From: Thermoanaerobaculia bacterium
GTDB taxonomy: Bacteria; Acidobacteriota; Thermoanaerobaculia; Multivoradales; J023
Direction: 5' to 3'
Assembly: GCA_028066595.1 (NCBI GenBank)
Contig: JALCBJ010000011.1
Coordinates: forward strand, 34,619 to 98,618
Length of the DNA: 64,000 bases
Positions within the stretch are counted from its first letter, which is position 1. Every line of letters begins with the position of its first letter. Shown piece after piece: positions 48,693-58,419 of the stretch. Below the pieces are notes generated by a model that saw only the letters and a list, made by a program, of their open reading frames with translations, was not told the DNA's origin and did not search any database. The translations under genes were made by a program, and so were the position numbers.

Positions 48693-49901
48693 ATGCGTGT
48701 CCTGATCGTCTCCAATACCTATCCGCCGGCCGACATCAGCGGTGTCGGTGCCCTGGTGTGGGAGCTGGCGCATCGGCTGGGCGCGAACGGGCACCGCGTT
48801 CGGGTGCTGACCCGGCGGGCTCCCGCGGACGATCCCTATGCCGTCGGTACGGGGGGCGGCAAGATGGGCTACCCGTTCCGCGCCGCCCTGCGTTTTCTGT
48901 CTTTGGCGAAACGGGAGCGCTATGACTTGGTGCACGTGCACGAGTCGGATGGTGTCTTCGTGGTCCTGGTCTGGTGGCTATGCAAGATCTTGCGTCTCGA
49001 GGTGGGGAGGGCTCGCCTGGTGTCGACGCTCCAGGTGTCGTATCGGCAGGAGCGTTTATCCGTTCGACCGATCAAGGACGGCACGGAGGTGGTTTCCACG
49101 CCTACGACCGACGAGAGGATCTTCGCCTGGCTACGCGCTCCGGCCCACGCGCTCTTCGGACGGGTGATCGCCCGGCTCTCAGAGGCGCTGGTGGCCCCGT
49201 CTCGCGTAACCCGTACAGAGCTGGTGACGGACTATGGTGGGCGTGACGTGTTCGTGATCGAGAACGGTATCGATCCTTCGATCGTGACGTACGACGACGA
49301 CCTGGCAACGGGCGGAGAAGATGCCGTCTCGGTCACGATTCTCTACGTCGGAAGGTTGCGCACGCGGAAGGCTGTCGCCGTACTGCTCACGGCCTTTCAG
49401 CGGCTACGGGCCGAAGCGCAGAATGTCGAGCTAGTCGTCATCGGGGGTGGTGAACAGTTGGACGAGCTGCGCCAAAGGTCACGGAAGCTGCGGCTCGGCG
49501 AGTCGTGCCGCTTTCTGGGCCCGCTGCCGCGTTCCGAAGTGGTCGAGTGGTACCACCGTGCCGATATCTACTGTCTGCCGTCGATCTACGAGGGATTTCC
49601 CGTAGCCATCCTCGAAGCCATGGCCGCGGGGCTACCGGTGGTCTCGACCACCGTATCGGGTATTCCCGAAGCCGTAGCCCATGGCGAAACAGGCCTTCTG
49701 GTGCCACCGGAAGATGCTGCCTCTCTCCAGGAGGCATTGCGGCACCTGGTGGGCGACAGTGCTGAGCGACGTTCCATGGGACTCGCCGGACGCCGAAGAG
49801 TCTTGGACAGATTCACCATCGACGTCATCGCGCAGCGCTATCTGGCGCTGTGGCACAATCTCCTCGGCCCGGCTGCCGAGCCCGTCACCGAGCACACCTG
49901 A
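48693..49901 (+). CDS. Glycosyltransferase family 4
   Basis: MRVLIVSNTYPP, YVGRL..RK, PSIYEGFPVAILEAMAAG (EX7E). Confidence 0.92.
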   Translation: MRVLIVSNTYPPADISGVGALVWELAHRLGANGHRVRVLTRRAPADDPYAVGTGGGKMGYPFRAALRFLSLAKRERYDLVHVHESDGVFVVLVWWLCKILRLEVGRARLVSTLQVSYRQERLSVRPIKDGTEVVSTPTTDERIFAWLRAPAHALFGRVIARLSEALVAPSRVTRTELVTDYGGRDVFVIENGIDPSIVTYDDDLATGGEDAVSVTILYVGRLRTRKAVAVLLTAFQRLRAEAQNVELVVIGGGEQLDELRQRSRKLRLGESCRFLGPLPRSEVVEWYHRADIYCLPSIYEGFPVAILEAMAAGLPVVSTTVSGIPEAVAHGETGLLVPPEDAASLQEALRHLVGDSAERRSMGLAGRRRVLDRFTIDVIAQRYLALWHNLLGPAAEPVTEHT

Positions 49902-49939
49902 TCGCGACCCAGCGTCGATTTCACCCGAGAAAGGGAGAC

Positions 49940-50710
49940 ATGAAAGCCGTGATTCTCGCCGGGGGTATGGGCACCCGGCTGGCGGAAGAGACCGTCCTCA
50001 GGCCCAAGCCGATGGTGCGGATCGGACCCCATCCGATCCTGTGGCACATCATGAAGATCTACTCTGCGTACGGCGTGCGGGATTTCGTGATCTGCACCGG
50101 CTACAAGGGCTACATGATCAAGGAATACTTCGCCAACTACCCGCTGCACGAGTCGGACGTGACCATCGACCTGCAGACCGGCGAAACCACGGTGCATCAG
50201 AACACCGCGGAGCCGTGGAGGGTGACCGTCGTCGATACAGGGCTCGAGACGGCTACGGGTGGCCGCTTGAGGCGCGTGCGCGAGTATCTCGATCCCGAAG
50301 AGCCGTTCTGTTTTACCTACGGCGACGGTGTGGCGGATATCGATGTCGCTGCAGTGGCGAGAGTCCATCGCGACGGCGGCGTGTTGGCGACCATGACCGC
50401 CATCCAGCCACCGTCACGCTTCGGCGTGTTGAGCTTCGAAGGAGACCGTATTACGGACTTCGAAGAAAAACCCCATGGAGAGGGGGGTTGGATCAACGGC
50501 GGTTTCTTCGTCTTGTCCCCGAAGGTGATCGACTACATCGACGGCGACTCCACACCGTGGGAACACGCACCCATGCGCGGTTTGGTGCAGGAAGGACAAC
50601 TGAACGCCTACTTCCACCACGGCTTCTGGCAGTGCATGGACACTCTGCGAGACAAGAGCACGTTACAGAGCTTGTGGGACGGTGGTACGCCGCCCTGGAA
50701 AGTCTGGTAG
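49940..50710 (+). CDS. rfbF: Glucose-1-phosphate cytidylyltransferase
   Basis: ILAGGMGTRLAEET..RPKPMV.IG, GYKGYMIKEYF, TGGRL, TYGDGV, WINGGFF, FWQCMDTLRD. Confidence 0.93.
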   Translation: MKAVILAGGMGTRLAEETVLRPKPMVRIGPHPILWHIMKIYSAYGVRDFVICTGYKGYMIKEYFANYPLHESDVTIDLQTGETTVHQNTAEPWRVTVVDTGLETATGGRLRRVREYLDPEEPFCFTYGDGVADIDVAAVARVHRDGGVLATMTAIQPPSRFGVLSFEGDRITDFEEKPHGEGGWINGGFFVLSPKVIDYIDGDSTPWEHAPMRGLVQEGQLNAYFHHGFWQCMDTLRDKSTLQSLWDGGTPPWKVW

Positions 50711-50732
50711 GCGAGGAGGAATGTCGTCGAGG

Positions 50733-51254
50733 CTACCGAGGTGGGCGGATTTCAGGCTTGGGAACGACCACCTTGGCTCCGGCGGGCACATCTTGAGCCA
50801 CCACCGCATTGGCGCCGATGAAGCTGCCGTCGCCGACCTGGATGTCACCGATCAGTCTGCAGCCCGCCGCCAGGAATACGTCGTCGCCGACCGTCGGCAT
50901 CTGGTCCAACTTCGCGGTGGCGGGCGCCCCCAGGGTGACCTGATGCATCATGGTGCAGCCGGAACCGATGGTCGCCCATTGACCCACGACGATCCCCATG
51001 CCGTGGCTGATCAACAGACCCGGTCCGATTTTGGCGCCCGGGGCGATCTCTACACCGCAGAGCAAGATCGACAGACGGCCGAGGAGCGGCCCGAGAAGAG
51101 GGATGCGGCGGCTCTTGAACCAATGCGCCATCCGGAACAGCACCACCGCCTGGAAGCCGTTCTCCAACAACAGCGATTCGAGCACCATGAACGGATACGG
51201 TTTCGACTTGATGGCGCGGAGCCGCTGGATGTCTTGGCGAAGATTGTCGAACAC
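50733..51254 (-). CDS. Serine O-acetyltransferase-like hexapeptide acetyltransferase (EPS type)
   Basis: CGVEIAPGAKIGPGLLISHGMGIVVG, HQVTLG, IGANAVVAQDVP. Confidence 0.88.
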   Translation of the reverse strand: MFDNLRQDIQRLRAIKSKPYPFMVLESLLLENGFQAVVLFRMAHWFKSRRIPLLGPLLGRLSILLCGVEIAPGAKIGPGLLISHGMGIVVGQWATIGSGCTMMHQVTLGAPATAKLDQMPTVGDDVFLAAGCRLIGDIQVGDGSFIGANAVVAQDVPAGAKVVVPKPEIRPPR

Positions 51255-51274
51255 GGCGACAGGCTAGCGAGAGC

Positions 51275-52408
51275 ATGACGAGGACGCAAGCGCTCGCCGA
51301 CACGAAGAACGAGAGTACGACCGATCGACCTGGGCGCCAGGAGTGGCTGGCGCGGCTGGCGCTGCTCGTCGGTTCAACGGTTTTCCTCGTCGCCTTTGCC
51401 GAGTTGGCCTTGCGTCTCGTGGTGCCGCCGGCGGATCCTCATCGGGGCGATGCCGATCGAGATCCGTTCACGTTCTTCGATCACCATCCCACTCTGGGCT
51501 GGGATCTGGTACCCGGGGCCGAGGATCGGCACGTCACGGCGGAGTTCGACATCGAGATCCGGATCAACGAACAGGGTCTGCGCTCGGACAGAGCCTATGG
51601 CGACGCGGCGCCACCGGGTACGCGCAGGGTCGTCGTGCTCGGCGATTCATTCTCCTTCGGCCACGGAGTCGCGGTGGAGGAGGGTTGGGTGGCGCGCCTC
51701 GAAGAAAGCTCGGATTCCTTGGAGGCAGTCAACCTGGCGGTAACCGGTTATGGCATCGACCAGATGGTCCTGCGTCTGGAACTGCGTTCCAGGGATCATC
51801 TGGCGTTCTCTCCACAGGTGGTGATCGCGGCCGTCTTCTTGGCCGATGTGTTCCGTGTAACCAGCGACGCTCATATCGGCTACCGCAAGCCCCGTTTCGT
51901 CTTGGCCCCTGCGGCTGTCGACGGTCTCCGTCTCGCGGGCGTACCCGTGTCGCGGCAGGCGGCCCCTTCGGCAGATCAGCGTGCGGGAAGTCTGTTGCTG
52001 CGAACGGTCCGTGAGCGGGGGCAGACGTTGGCAAAGCACCTCGGCAGGGGGGACGCGTGGCCGATCACCGAGGCACTGCTACTTCGGCTCCGTGGTCGAG
52101 TGGAACGAGGCGGTGCGAAGCTACTCGTGGTGCTGGTGCCCAAGGACGTGGCGGTCGCGGGACGCGGCGTGCGTCGTGACCTGAATCGGCGCGCGGTGGC
52201 GCGTTTGGCACGCATGCTCTCCGAGCTGGGAATACCCCATCTGGACTTGACCGACTCCTTCACCCGGCAGCTACAACAGACGCCCGGTGAAGCGCTCTAC
52301 TTTCCTCGGGATGGCCACTGGACCGTCGCGGGCCATCGGTTGGCCGGCGAGCGAGTCGCCGCGTGGATCGCGAACCAAGGGCTCGGCCTCCCGCCGGAGC
52401 AGCCATGA
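51275..52408 (+). CDS. Membrane-anchored SGNH protein (AlgX/AlgJ/SxtL-like)
   Basis: N-terminal TM (AELALRL), block I LGDSFSFG, block II NLAVTGYG, block V LYFPRDGHWTVAGH. Confidence 0.85.
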   Translation: MTRTQALADTKNESTTDRPGRQEWLARLALLVGSTVFLVAFAELALRLVVPPADPHRGDADRDPFTFFDHHPTLGWDLVPGAEDRHVTAEFDIEIRINEQGLRSDRAYGDAAPPGTRRVVVLGDSFSFGHGVAVEEGWVARLEESSDSLEAVNLAVTGYGIDQMVLRLELRSRDHLAFSPQVVIAAVFLADVFRVTSDAHIGYRKPRFVLAPAAVDGLRLAGVPVSRQAAPSADQRAGSLLLRTVRERGQTLAKHLGRGDAWPITEALLLRLRGRVERGGAKLLVVLVPKDVAVAGRGVRRDLNRRAVARLARMLSELGIPHLDLTDSFTRQLQQTPGEALYFPRDGHWTVAGHRLAGERVAAWIANQGLGLPPEQP

Positions 52409-53679
52409 TCGAGCGCCTACCTCCAGGACTTCGCCAGTGGCTGCGTCTGCTACGTCCTTCGGCGTTCTTCCGATTGCTGCGGCGTGTGTTGCGTCGGCAC
52501 TGGCGCAGATTCTCGGGCGTCGAACGAAGGCTCGTGGAGCTGCAACCCGAGAGCGGGGTAGAGGTATGGGGCGACGCGCTGGTGGCTTATATCGTCGATG
52601 CGGTTCTCGACATGGACGAGGAGCTGCCGGTCACTCATACTCACTTCTGGGAAACCCGTCAGATCGTGCAGACGTTTCTCGATCTCGGGCTGCGGGTCGA
52701 CGTGGTGCACTGGACGAACTTCGAGTTCGTGCCCGACAAGCCCTATCGCGTGGCACTCGATGTGCGTCATCTGCTGCCCCGATGGCGAGATCACTTGCCG
52801 GACGATTGCCTTTGCATCTTCCATGGAGAGACGTCTCACGCCAGTTTCAACGATCGGGCGCAGGAAGAGCGGCACCGTGCGTTCGAAGAGCGCCATGGAA
52901 ACCGCTTGCCGGAACGCAAAGCCATCGGCGACACTCCGGCCTTCGCAGCGGCCGACGCGGCGACGATTCTCGGGAACGAAACCACCCTCTCGACCTACCG
53001 AGACGTGCTCCGCCGGGGCGCGGTGAACGATGATCTCACGGGTCCGGAGATCTGGCCGGTGACCATCTCGGCTCCGGCCCAGTACCCGCGGCTCGAACGC
53101 GCCATCGAGTCCTGCCGACGTAGGTTCGTATGGCTGGGAAGCGAAGGACTGGTCCACAAGGGGCTCGACCTGGTGCTGGAGGCTTTCCGAGAGCTGCCCG
53201 AGCATGATCTGACCGTCTGTGGTCCCATCGAGCGAGAGCGTGAGTTCGAACGTTTCTACTGGCACGATCTCTACGCGGCGCCCAACGTCCACACCTATGG
53301 CTGGGTCGACGTCACCTCGGATGCCTTCCTGCGTCTGGCACAGTCGTCACTCTTCCTGATCTATCCCAGCTGCTCTGAGGGGCAGTGCGGCAGCGTCGTG
53401 ACCTGTATGCACGCGGGCCTCGTGCCGCTGGTGAGCGACCGTACTGGGGTACCTATGGATCCCTCGTATTCCATGGAACTGGCGAACCCTTCGGTCGCCT
53501 CCTTGCGCCGGGCGATCCTCGAGATCTCCGAGAGACCCGCGGAGAAGCTCCAGACAATGTCCGATTGCGCCCGCGCCTACGCCCGTAGCCACCACAACAA
53601 AGAGCGATTCGCGGCCAACTACCGCGCGGCCATCGAGGAGATCTTCGCGCGCCACTTCCCACAAGGCGAATCCGCCTGA
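52405..53679 (+). CDS. Glycosyltransferase (GT4/GT-B)
   Basis: GLVHKGLDLVLEAF, YPSCSEGQCGSVVTCMHAGL; ATGA coupling. Confidence 0.85.
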   Translation: MIERLPPGLRQWLRLLRPSAFFRLLRRVLRRHWRRFSGVERRLVELQPESGVEVWGDALVAYIVDAVLDMDEELPVTHTHFWETRQIVQTFLDLGLRVDVVHWTNFEFVPDKPYRVALDVRHLLPRWRDHLPDDCLCIFHGETSHASFNDRAQEERHRAFEERHGNRLPERKAIGDTPAFAAADAATILGNETTLSTYRDVLRRGAVNDDLTGPEIWPVTISAPAQYPRLERAIESCRRRFVWLGSEGLVHKGLDLVLEAFRELPEHDLTVCGPIEREREFERFYWHDLYAAPNVHTYGWVDVTSDAFLRLAQSSLFLIYPSCSEGQCGSVVTCMHAGLVPLVSDRTGVPMDPSYSMELANPSVASLRRAILEISERPAEKLQTMSDCARAYARSHHNKERFAANYRAAIEEIFARHFPQGESA

Positions 53680-54449
53680 TGGGCGGACTCGGCGAGGTGC
53701 GTCCCGACGTTCTCTACCTCTCGCCTCATCTCGACGACGTCGTGCTTTCCTGCGGTGGCACGGCATTCCGGCAAGCCAAGAGCGGCCTCCGGGTCGTGGT
53801 GCTTACCCTGTTCACCCGTGATCTCGAGGACGATCCAACGAATCTCGTACTGCAGCAGGTGTACGGCCGTATGGACCTGCGCCCGGCCGAGGCCATGACG
53901 GTACGCCGTGAGGAAGATCGCCGTGCCTGTGGACGTTTGGGAGCAACGCCGGTGCACTGGGGTCTCGATGAGGCCCTCGGTCGGCACCCGGGTCTACCTT
54001 CCTTGGCGGCACTATTCGAAGAGCCCCCCGGATCCGATCAGGTGGTCGTCGAACGGTTGGCGGACCGTTTTCGAGACCTCGAAGACGTCCCGGAGGTGGC
54101 GGCGCCGGTGGGATGGGGAGGGCACATGGACCATCGCCTGGTTCGCCGGGCCGCCGAAGCCGTCTTCGGCCAGCGTTTGCGCTTCTACGAAGACTTCCCC
54201 TATGTTCTGACACTGGACGAGGCTGATCTGGGGCCCGAAGTTCGAGGGCTAGAACCGGAGGTCGAGCGTCTCGATGCGGAGGATCTCGCGGCCCGCATCG
54301 AGGCCATCGCTGCCTATCGTAGCCAGGTCAGCTCGCTCTTCGGCTCACGTGTTCGGCGCCTGCTGGTGCCGGGTCGGAGCATAGCGGCGCGAGTGCGACG
54401 GCACGTCCGGTCGGTCGGCGGCGAGCGGTTCTGGGTGGCTGCTTCCTAG
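53679..54449 (+). CDS. PIG-L/LmbE family deacetylase
   Basis: SPHLDDVVLSCGG, RREED, GHMDH, FYEDFPY, AYRSQ. Confidence 0.88.
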   Translation: MGGLGEVRPDVLYLSPHLDDVVLSCGGTAFRQAKSGLRVVVLTLFTRDLEDDPTNLVLQQVYGRMDLRPAEAMTVRREEDRRACGRLGATPVHWGLDEALGRHPGLPSLAALFEEPPGSDQVVVERLADRFRDLEDVPEVAAPVGWGGHMDHRLVRRAAEAVFGQRLRFYEDFPYVLTLDEADLGPEVRGLEPEVERLDAEDLAARIEAIAAYRSQVSSLFGSRVRRLLVPGRSIAARVRRHVRSVGGERFWVAAS

Positions 54450-54532
54450 CCGGCGAACATATGGACAAGTCAGGAACTCAGAAGCAGCCTGGAACCCATG
54501 CGAGAGGATTGGTCCTAGCAGCCCTTGGCGAC

Positions 54533-55615
54533 TCAGCTGGGGGCCGGTGTCACCAGCTGGCTGAGGCGTCGTCCGATTCGGTCTGGATCGCCGACTTCGC
54601 GGGCAGCGTTCCTCGACATGGCTGCGCGAGGCATACCGAAGACGATCGAAGATGCCTCGTCTTGACACAGGGTATAGGCACCGGCCGCCTTGAGCGCGGC
54701 CAATCCCTTGGCACCGTCGGAACCCATTCCGGTCAAGAGTGCCGCGACAGCTCTCCGGCCCACCGCGCGGGCGGCAGATTCGAAGAGCACATCGACCGAG
54801 GGCATGTGGGTGAGGTTCTTCGGAAACAGTCCCACCTCGGCCATCAGCCGTCCTTCCCGTCGCCGGATGCGCAGATGCTCCCCGGCGCGAGCGATGTAGA
54901 CCGTGTCGGCCTGCAAGATCTCACCTGGATAGGCTTCGCGTACCACCAGCGGCAGGTAGGCGTTGAGACGCTCGGCGAAGGCCTGCGTGAATCCCAAGGG
55001 CATGTGCTGGACGATGACGATCGGCACCGGCACAGATTTCCCCACGACTTCCAGGATGGTCTGAAGGACCGGCGGACCACCCGTGGACGCTCCCAGAAGA
55101 ATGATGTCGTACTCACCGAGCCGTCTGTCGTCTTCGAGCGCGGAGGCTTGGGTGATCGGGGTAGGCGGTGGCTCCTGAGCCACTTCTCCGCGCGGGTGTC
55201 CCGTGACCTGTAGGATCTTCTCGAGCAAGACGCTTCGGAGCGCACCGAAATCCACCAGGGAGTAGCGCTGCTTGTCGATGAAGTCCGTAGCTCCGCGATG
55301 GAGTGCCTCGATGGTCAGCGGTGCGCCCTTTCCCGAGTGCGTGGACAGGATGATCACCGGGAGCGGGCCGAGCGCAGTCAAACGATCGAGCGTCGCGAGG
55401 CCGCCCATGCCCGGCATGTCGAGGTCGAGCGTGACCACGTCCGGTGCCCATTCCTCGAGGTGGGTCAACAGCTCTTCACCGGAACCTGCCGAACCCACCA
55501 CCGTCAGATCGGCCTCTTCCTGGAGCATGCGTGTGATCGCCTTGCGGATGAATGTGGAGTCGTCCACCACCGCGACGCGAATCTTGCGTCGGCTGTTGCG
55601 CTGACTGCTCGTCAC
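54533..55615 (-). CDS. cheB: Chemotaxis protein-glutamate methylesterase (REC + CheB)
   Basis: VVDDS, LDLDMP; catalytic GASTGGP, VQHMP, LTGMGSDG; GTG start overlaps the cheR stop. Confidence 0.95.
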   Translation of the reverse strand: MTSSQRNSRRKIRVAVVDDSTFIRKAITRMLQEEADLTVVGSAGSGEELLTHLEEWAPDVVTLDLDMPGMGGLATLDRLTALGPLPVIILSTHSGKGAPLTIEALHRGATDFIDKQRYSLVDFGALRSVLLEKILQVTGHPRGEVAQEPPPTPITQASALEDDRRLGEYDIILLGASTGGPPVLQTILEVVGKSVPVPIVIVQHMPLGFTQAFAERLNAYLPLVVREAYPGEILQADTVYIARAGEHLRIRRREGRLMAEVGLFPKNLTHMPSVDVLFESAARAVGRRAVAALLTGMGSDGAKGLAALKAAGAYTLCQDEASSIVFGMPRAAMSRNAAREVGDPDRIGRRLSQLVTPAPS

Positions 55616-56445
55616 ACGTCTTCCTTGCGTCGGTATGCGATGCAGTTGCCCAGACGCTCCGCCTGAAATGCCTTGGTGAGACCGATGATCGACTCGGAAT
55701 GTCCTAGGAACAACAAGCCGTCCTGCCGAACGATGCGAGCGAAGTTGTCGATCGCTTTCTTCAATGCCGCCTCGGTGAAATAAATCAGCACGTTGCGGCA
55801 GAAGACGGCGTCGTAGGCCAAGGGCGCGAACGAGAGCGGATCGAGGATGTTGCCCGAAGCGAAGTGGACGCCGCAGCGAAACGGGTCCTTGAGGCGGTAT
55901 TCTTCTTCGCCGGTCCGGGTGAAGAGACGTTGCGTCTGGGCGTCGTCGAGGGCGCGCAGCGAAACGTGTCGGTACACGCCTGCACGAGCCTGCTCGAGGC
56001 GCTGGGAATCCAGGTCGACCGCGTCGATACGTAGCTCGTCCGTCTGCAGGCCATATCCCTGGTCTCGAAGCACGATATTGAGTGTGTACGGCTCCTCGCC
56101 CGACGAACAACCCGCCGAGAGGAAACGCAGACGGTCCTCCAGACCACCGGCTTTCAACTCCTCGAGCGACTGACACAGCGCGTCGAACTGAGTCGTTTCG
56201 CGGAAGAAGTAGCTCTCGTTGTTGGTGATGGCTCGGGTCAGCGCGTCGAGCTCCCGGTCTAGGTCGTACTGCAGCAGGAGGTAGTAGTCGATGAATCGCT
56301 GCAAGTGGTTCGCGCGGAGTCGCGGTAACAAGCGCGATTCGAGAATCTCTCGCTTGTGCTCGGGATAGTGGATCCCGAACTTGCCGGAGAAGAGCTCGTT
56401 GAAGAGAGCCAGTTCTTCCTGGCTCAGCGAAGGGGTCGCCTGCAC
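55612..56445 (-). CDS. cheR: Chemotaxis protein-glutamate O-methyltransferase
   Basis: TNNESYFFRE, SAGCSSGEEPYT, FCRNVLIYF, LGHSESI. Confidence 0.93.
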   Translation of the reverse strand: MQATPSLSQEELALFNELFSGKFGIHYPEHKREILESRLLPRLRANHLQRFIDYYLLLQYDLDRELDALTRAITNNESYFFRETTQFDALCQSLEELKAGGLEDRLRFLSAGCSSGEEPYTLNIVLRDQGYGLQTDELRIDAVDLDSQRLEQARAGVYRHVSLRALDDAQTQRLFTRTGEEEYRLKDPFRCGVHFASGNILDPLSFAPLAYDAVFCRNVLIYFTEAALKKAIDNFARIVRQDGLLFLGHSESIIGLTKAFQAERLGNCIAYRRKEDV

Positions 56446-56455
56446 CCTGCGACCC

Positions 56456-58354
56456 TCAGGCTTCGAGGAACGACAAGGCTCGCTGTGCGACGATCGGAAC
56501 CGGGTCGGCCGCCAGCTGGGCCAAGGCCGCCAGATTCTCGGGCCGAGAGAAACGGCCCAGGACTTCGGCGCAGGAAAGGCGGACGTACCAGTCGCTGTGA
56601 TTGGCAGCATCTCGGAAGATGGCGTCGTCCTCTTCCGTGGCGCACCGCGACAGGGCCCGGAACGCCATCCGCTCCCTCGGTGGGCGGCCGGACTGCGTCG
56701 CCTCGCGTAGGGCGGCACGGGCGTCCGGGCCGCCGATACGTCCCAGGCTCTCGAGGATCAAGGGCTCGAGCGGGGTGTCGGGTTCCACCAGATCGATCAA
56801 TAGGGGAACCGAGTCGCGGTCGCCGAGCTCTCCGACCGTGCGGATGAGGTAGGGCTCGGGCTTCTCTTTCAACAGCTTGCGAAATGCCGGCGCCAACTCG
56901 CGTTGGCCCGTGCGTGAGGCGAACTCGGCTGCGACCGAGCCATATTGGGCCGGGTTCCGATCCAGCCATTGCTGCCAAGGAAGTAGCCGTACGACCTCCT
57001 CCACGTCGAGGAGCTCTTGGACTGCGCGAACCCTGTGCCCGGTATCCAGATTCCGGATTCGTTCCGCGATCGATTCGGGATCCTTGCCGAGCAAGGCGCC
57101 CAGGACGACGCGAGTGGACGATTCGATCTCGTCCCCTTCCTCCATCTGTTGGCGCAACGCCGGCTGGTGTAGCTTGATCAAGGGGTGCACCGAGGCTCGC
57201 TGCTCCTCCGGCAGACGCAGGTAGAAACCGAGCAGCGCCGCACCGACCTCCGGAACCGTGATCTTCTCCAGCGCACGCAATATGGGCGGCAGCTGATCGG
57301 CGGTGGGAGGTTGTGACAAGGCCTTGACCAGTGCATCGGTCGGCGCCGACTTGGGAAACCGGGCGGCGAGGAGGAAGCCCCAAGCGCGAAGCACTCCGCT
57401 TTGCGTGATCAAGCGCCCGATGAGGTCCTTGCGGTGGTGGAGGCAGGCGGGGAGTACCTGTGCTTCGCGATGGAAGCTGGCGACCTGAACCAAGGCCTCG
57501 TCGTCTTTTTTTCGGGTCGCCAGAACCAGCAAACACCGTGCGGCGGCGACCCGGATCGATTCGTTGTCGTTCGGCAGCAAGGTCTCGAGCTCTGGCTCGA
57601 GACCTTCGGGGACCGCGGGAGCCCTGGGCAGCCCCTCGAGCACGTGGGCGAGGAGCCCCAGAAGGGTCTCGGTGTCGATCTCGTTTCGGAAACGCAGAAA
57701 GTGGTTGGCCAGAGCCCGGAACGCATTCGGTCCGCCGATGCGTGCCAGGGCCTCGGCGGCCATCGGACCGGCCATGAAGTCGGTCAACAGCTTCTTCAAA
57801 TGTGGAACCGCCACCGGTGAGCGCAGACTTCCCAGCGCTTGTACCGACGCCATTTGCAACCAGGAATCGGAGTCGAGGAACCCCAGGAGATCGGGAATGG
57901 CGCGGGCATCGCCCAGCTGGCCGATGGCGACGATCGCTTCCTGAATGACGTTGGGATCGGGGTGGTGTAGCACGCTACGCAGTGGTTCGAGCGCACGCGG
58001 GTCGCGGAGGTGAGTGAGCACGATGACCGCTTGCAGAACGACGTCCGGATCGTCGTCCTTGAGCAACTGCAGCGTCAAACTGAAACCGCGGTTGCCACGC
58101 ATCTTCAGCATCTCGACGCCGGCATTGCGCAGAACGTCGTCGGCGTCCGACCGCAGGTATTCCTTGATGCGGTCGTCGGGGATGGCGGCCGCGCCCATAC
58201 GCAAGGAGCGGCTACGGATACCGGGGCTGGGGTTGCGGATGAGACGTTCTATGGCCTCGACCCGCTGTTCGATCGGCATGGAGGGAAGCCGATCCAGCAA
58301 CTCGATGCACTCCTGCCAGCCGGTGTCGTTCGGTAGCGCTTTTTCGGTCGACAT
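56456..58354 (-). CDS. HEAT (PBS-lyase) repeat protein, Cpc7-like position
   Basis: Repeated LKDDDPDVVLQAVIVL / HHPDPNVIQEAIVAIGQLG / HSDWYVRLSCAEVLG units. Confidence 0.9.
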   Translation of the reverse strand: MSTEKALPNDTGWQECIELLDRLPSMPIEQRVEAIERLIRNPSPGIRSRSLRMGAAAIPDDRIKEYLRSDADDVLRNAGVEMLKMRGNRGFSLTLQLLKDDDPDVVLQAVIVLTHLRDPRALEPLRSVLHHPDPNVIQEAIVAIGQLGDARAIPDLLGFLDSDSWLQMASVQALGSLRSPVAVPHLKKLLTDFMAGPMAAEALARIGGPNAFRALANHFLRFRNEIDTETLLGLLAHVLEGLPRAPAVPEGLEPELETLLPNDNESIRVAAARCLLVLATRKKDDEALVQVASFHREAQVLPACLHHRKDLIGRLITQSGVLRAWGFLLAARFPKSAPTDALVKALSQPPTADQLPPILRALEKITVPEVGAALLGFYLRLPEEQRASVHPLIKLHQPALRQQMEEGDEIESSTRVVLGALLGKDPESIAERIRNLDTGHRVRAVQELLDVEEVVRLLPWQQWLDRNPAQYGSVAAEFASRTGQRELAPAFRKLLKEKPEPYLIRTVGELGDRDSVPLLIDLVEPDTPLEPLILESLGRIGGPDARAALREATQSGRPPRERMAFRALSRCATEEDDAIFRDAANHSDWYVRLSCAEVLGRFSRPENLAALAQLAADPVPIVAQRALSFLEA

Positions 58355-58419
58355 CTGTCCTCGTCTCCCGGCTCCCCAAGTCGAGGGAGCACTGTCATGG
58401 GAACCGACTTGGCGCCGGT

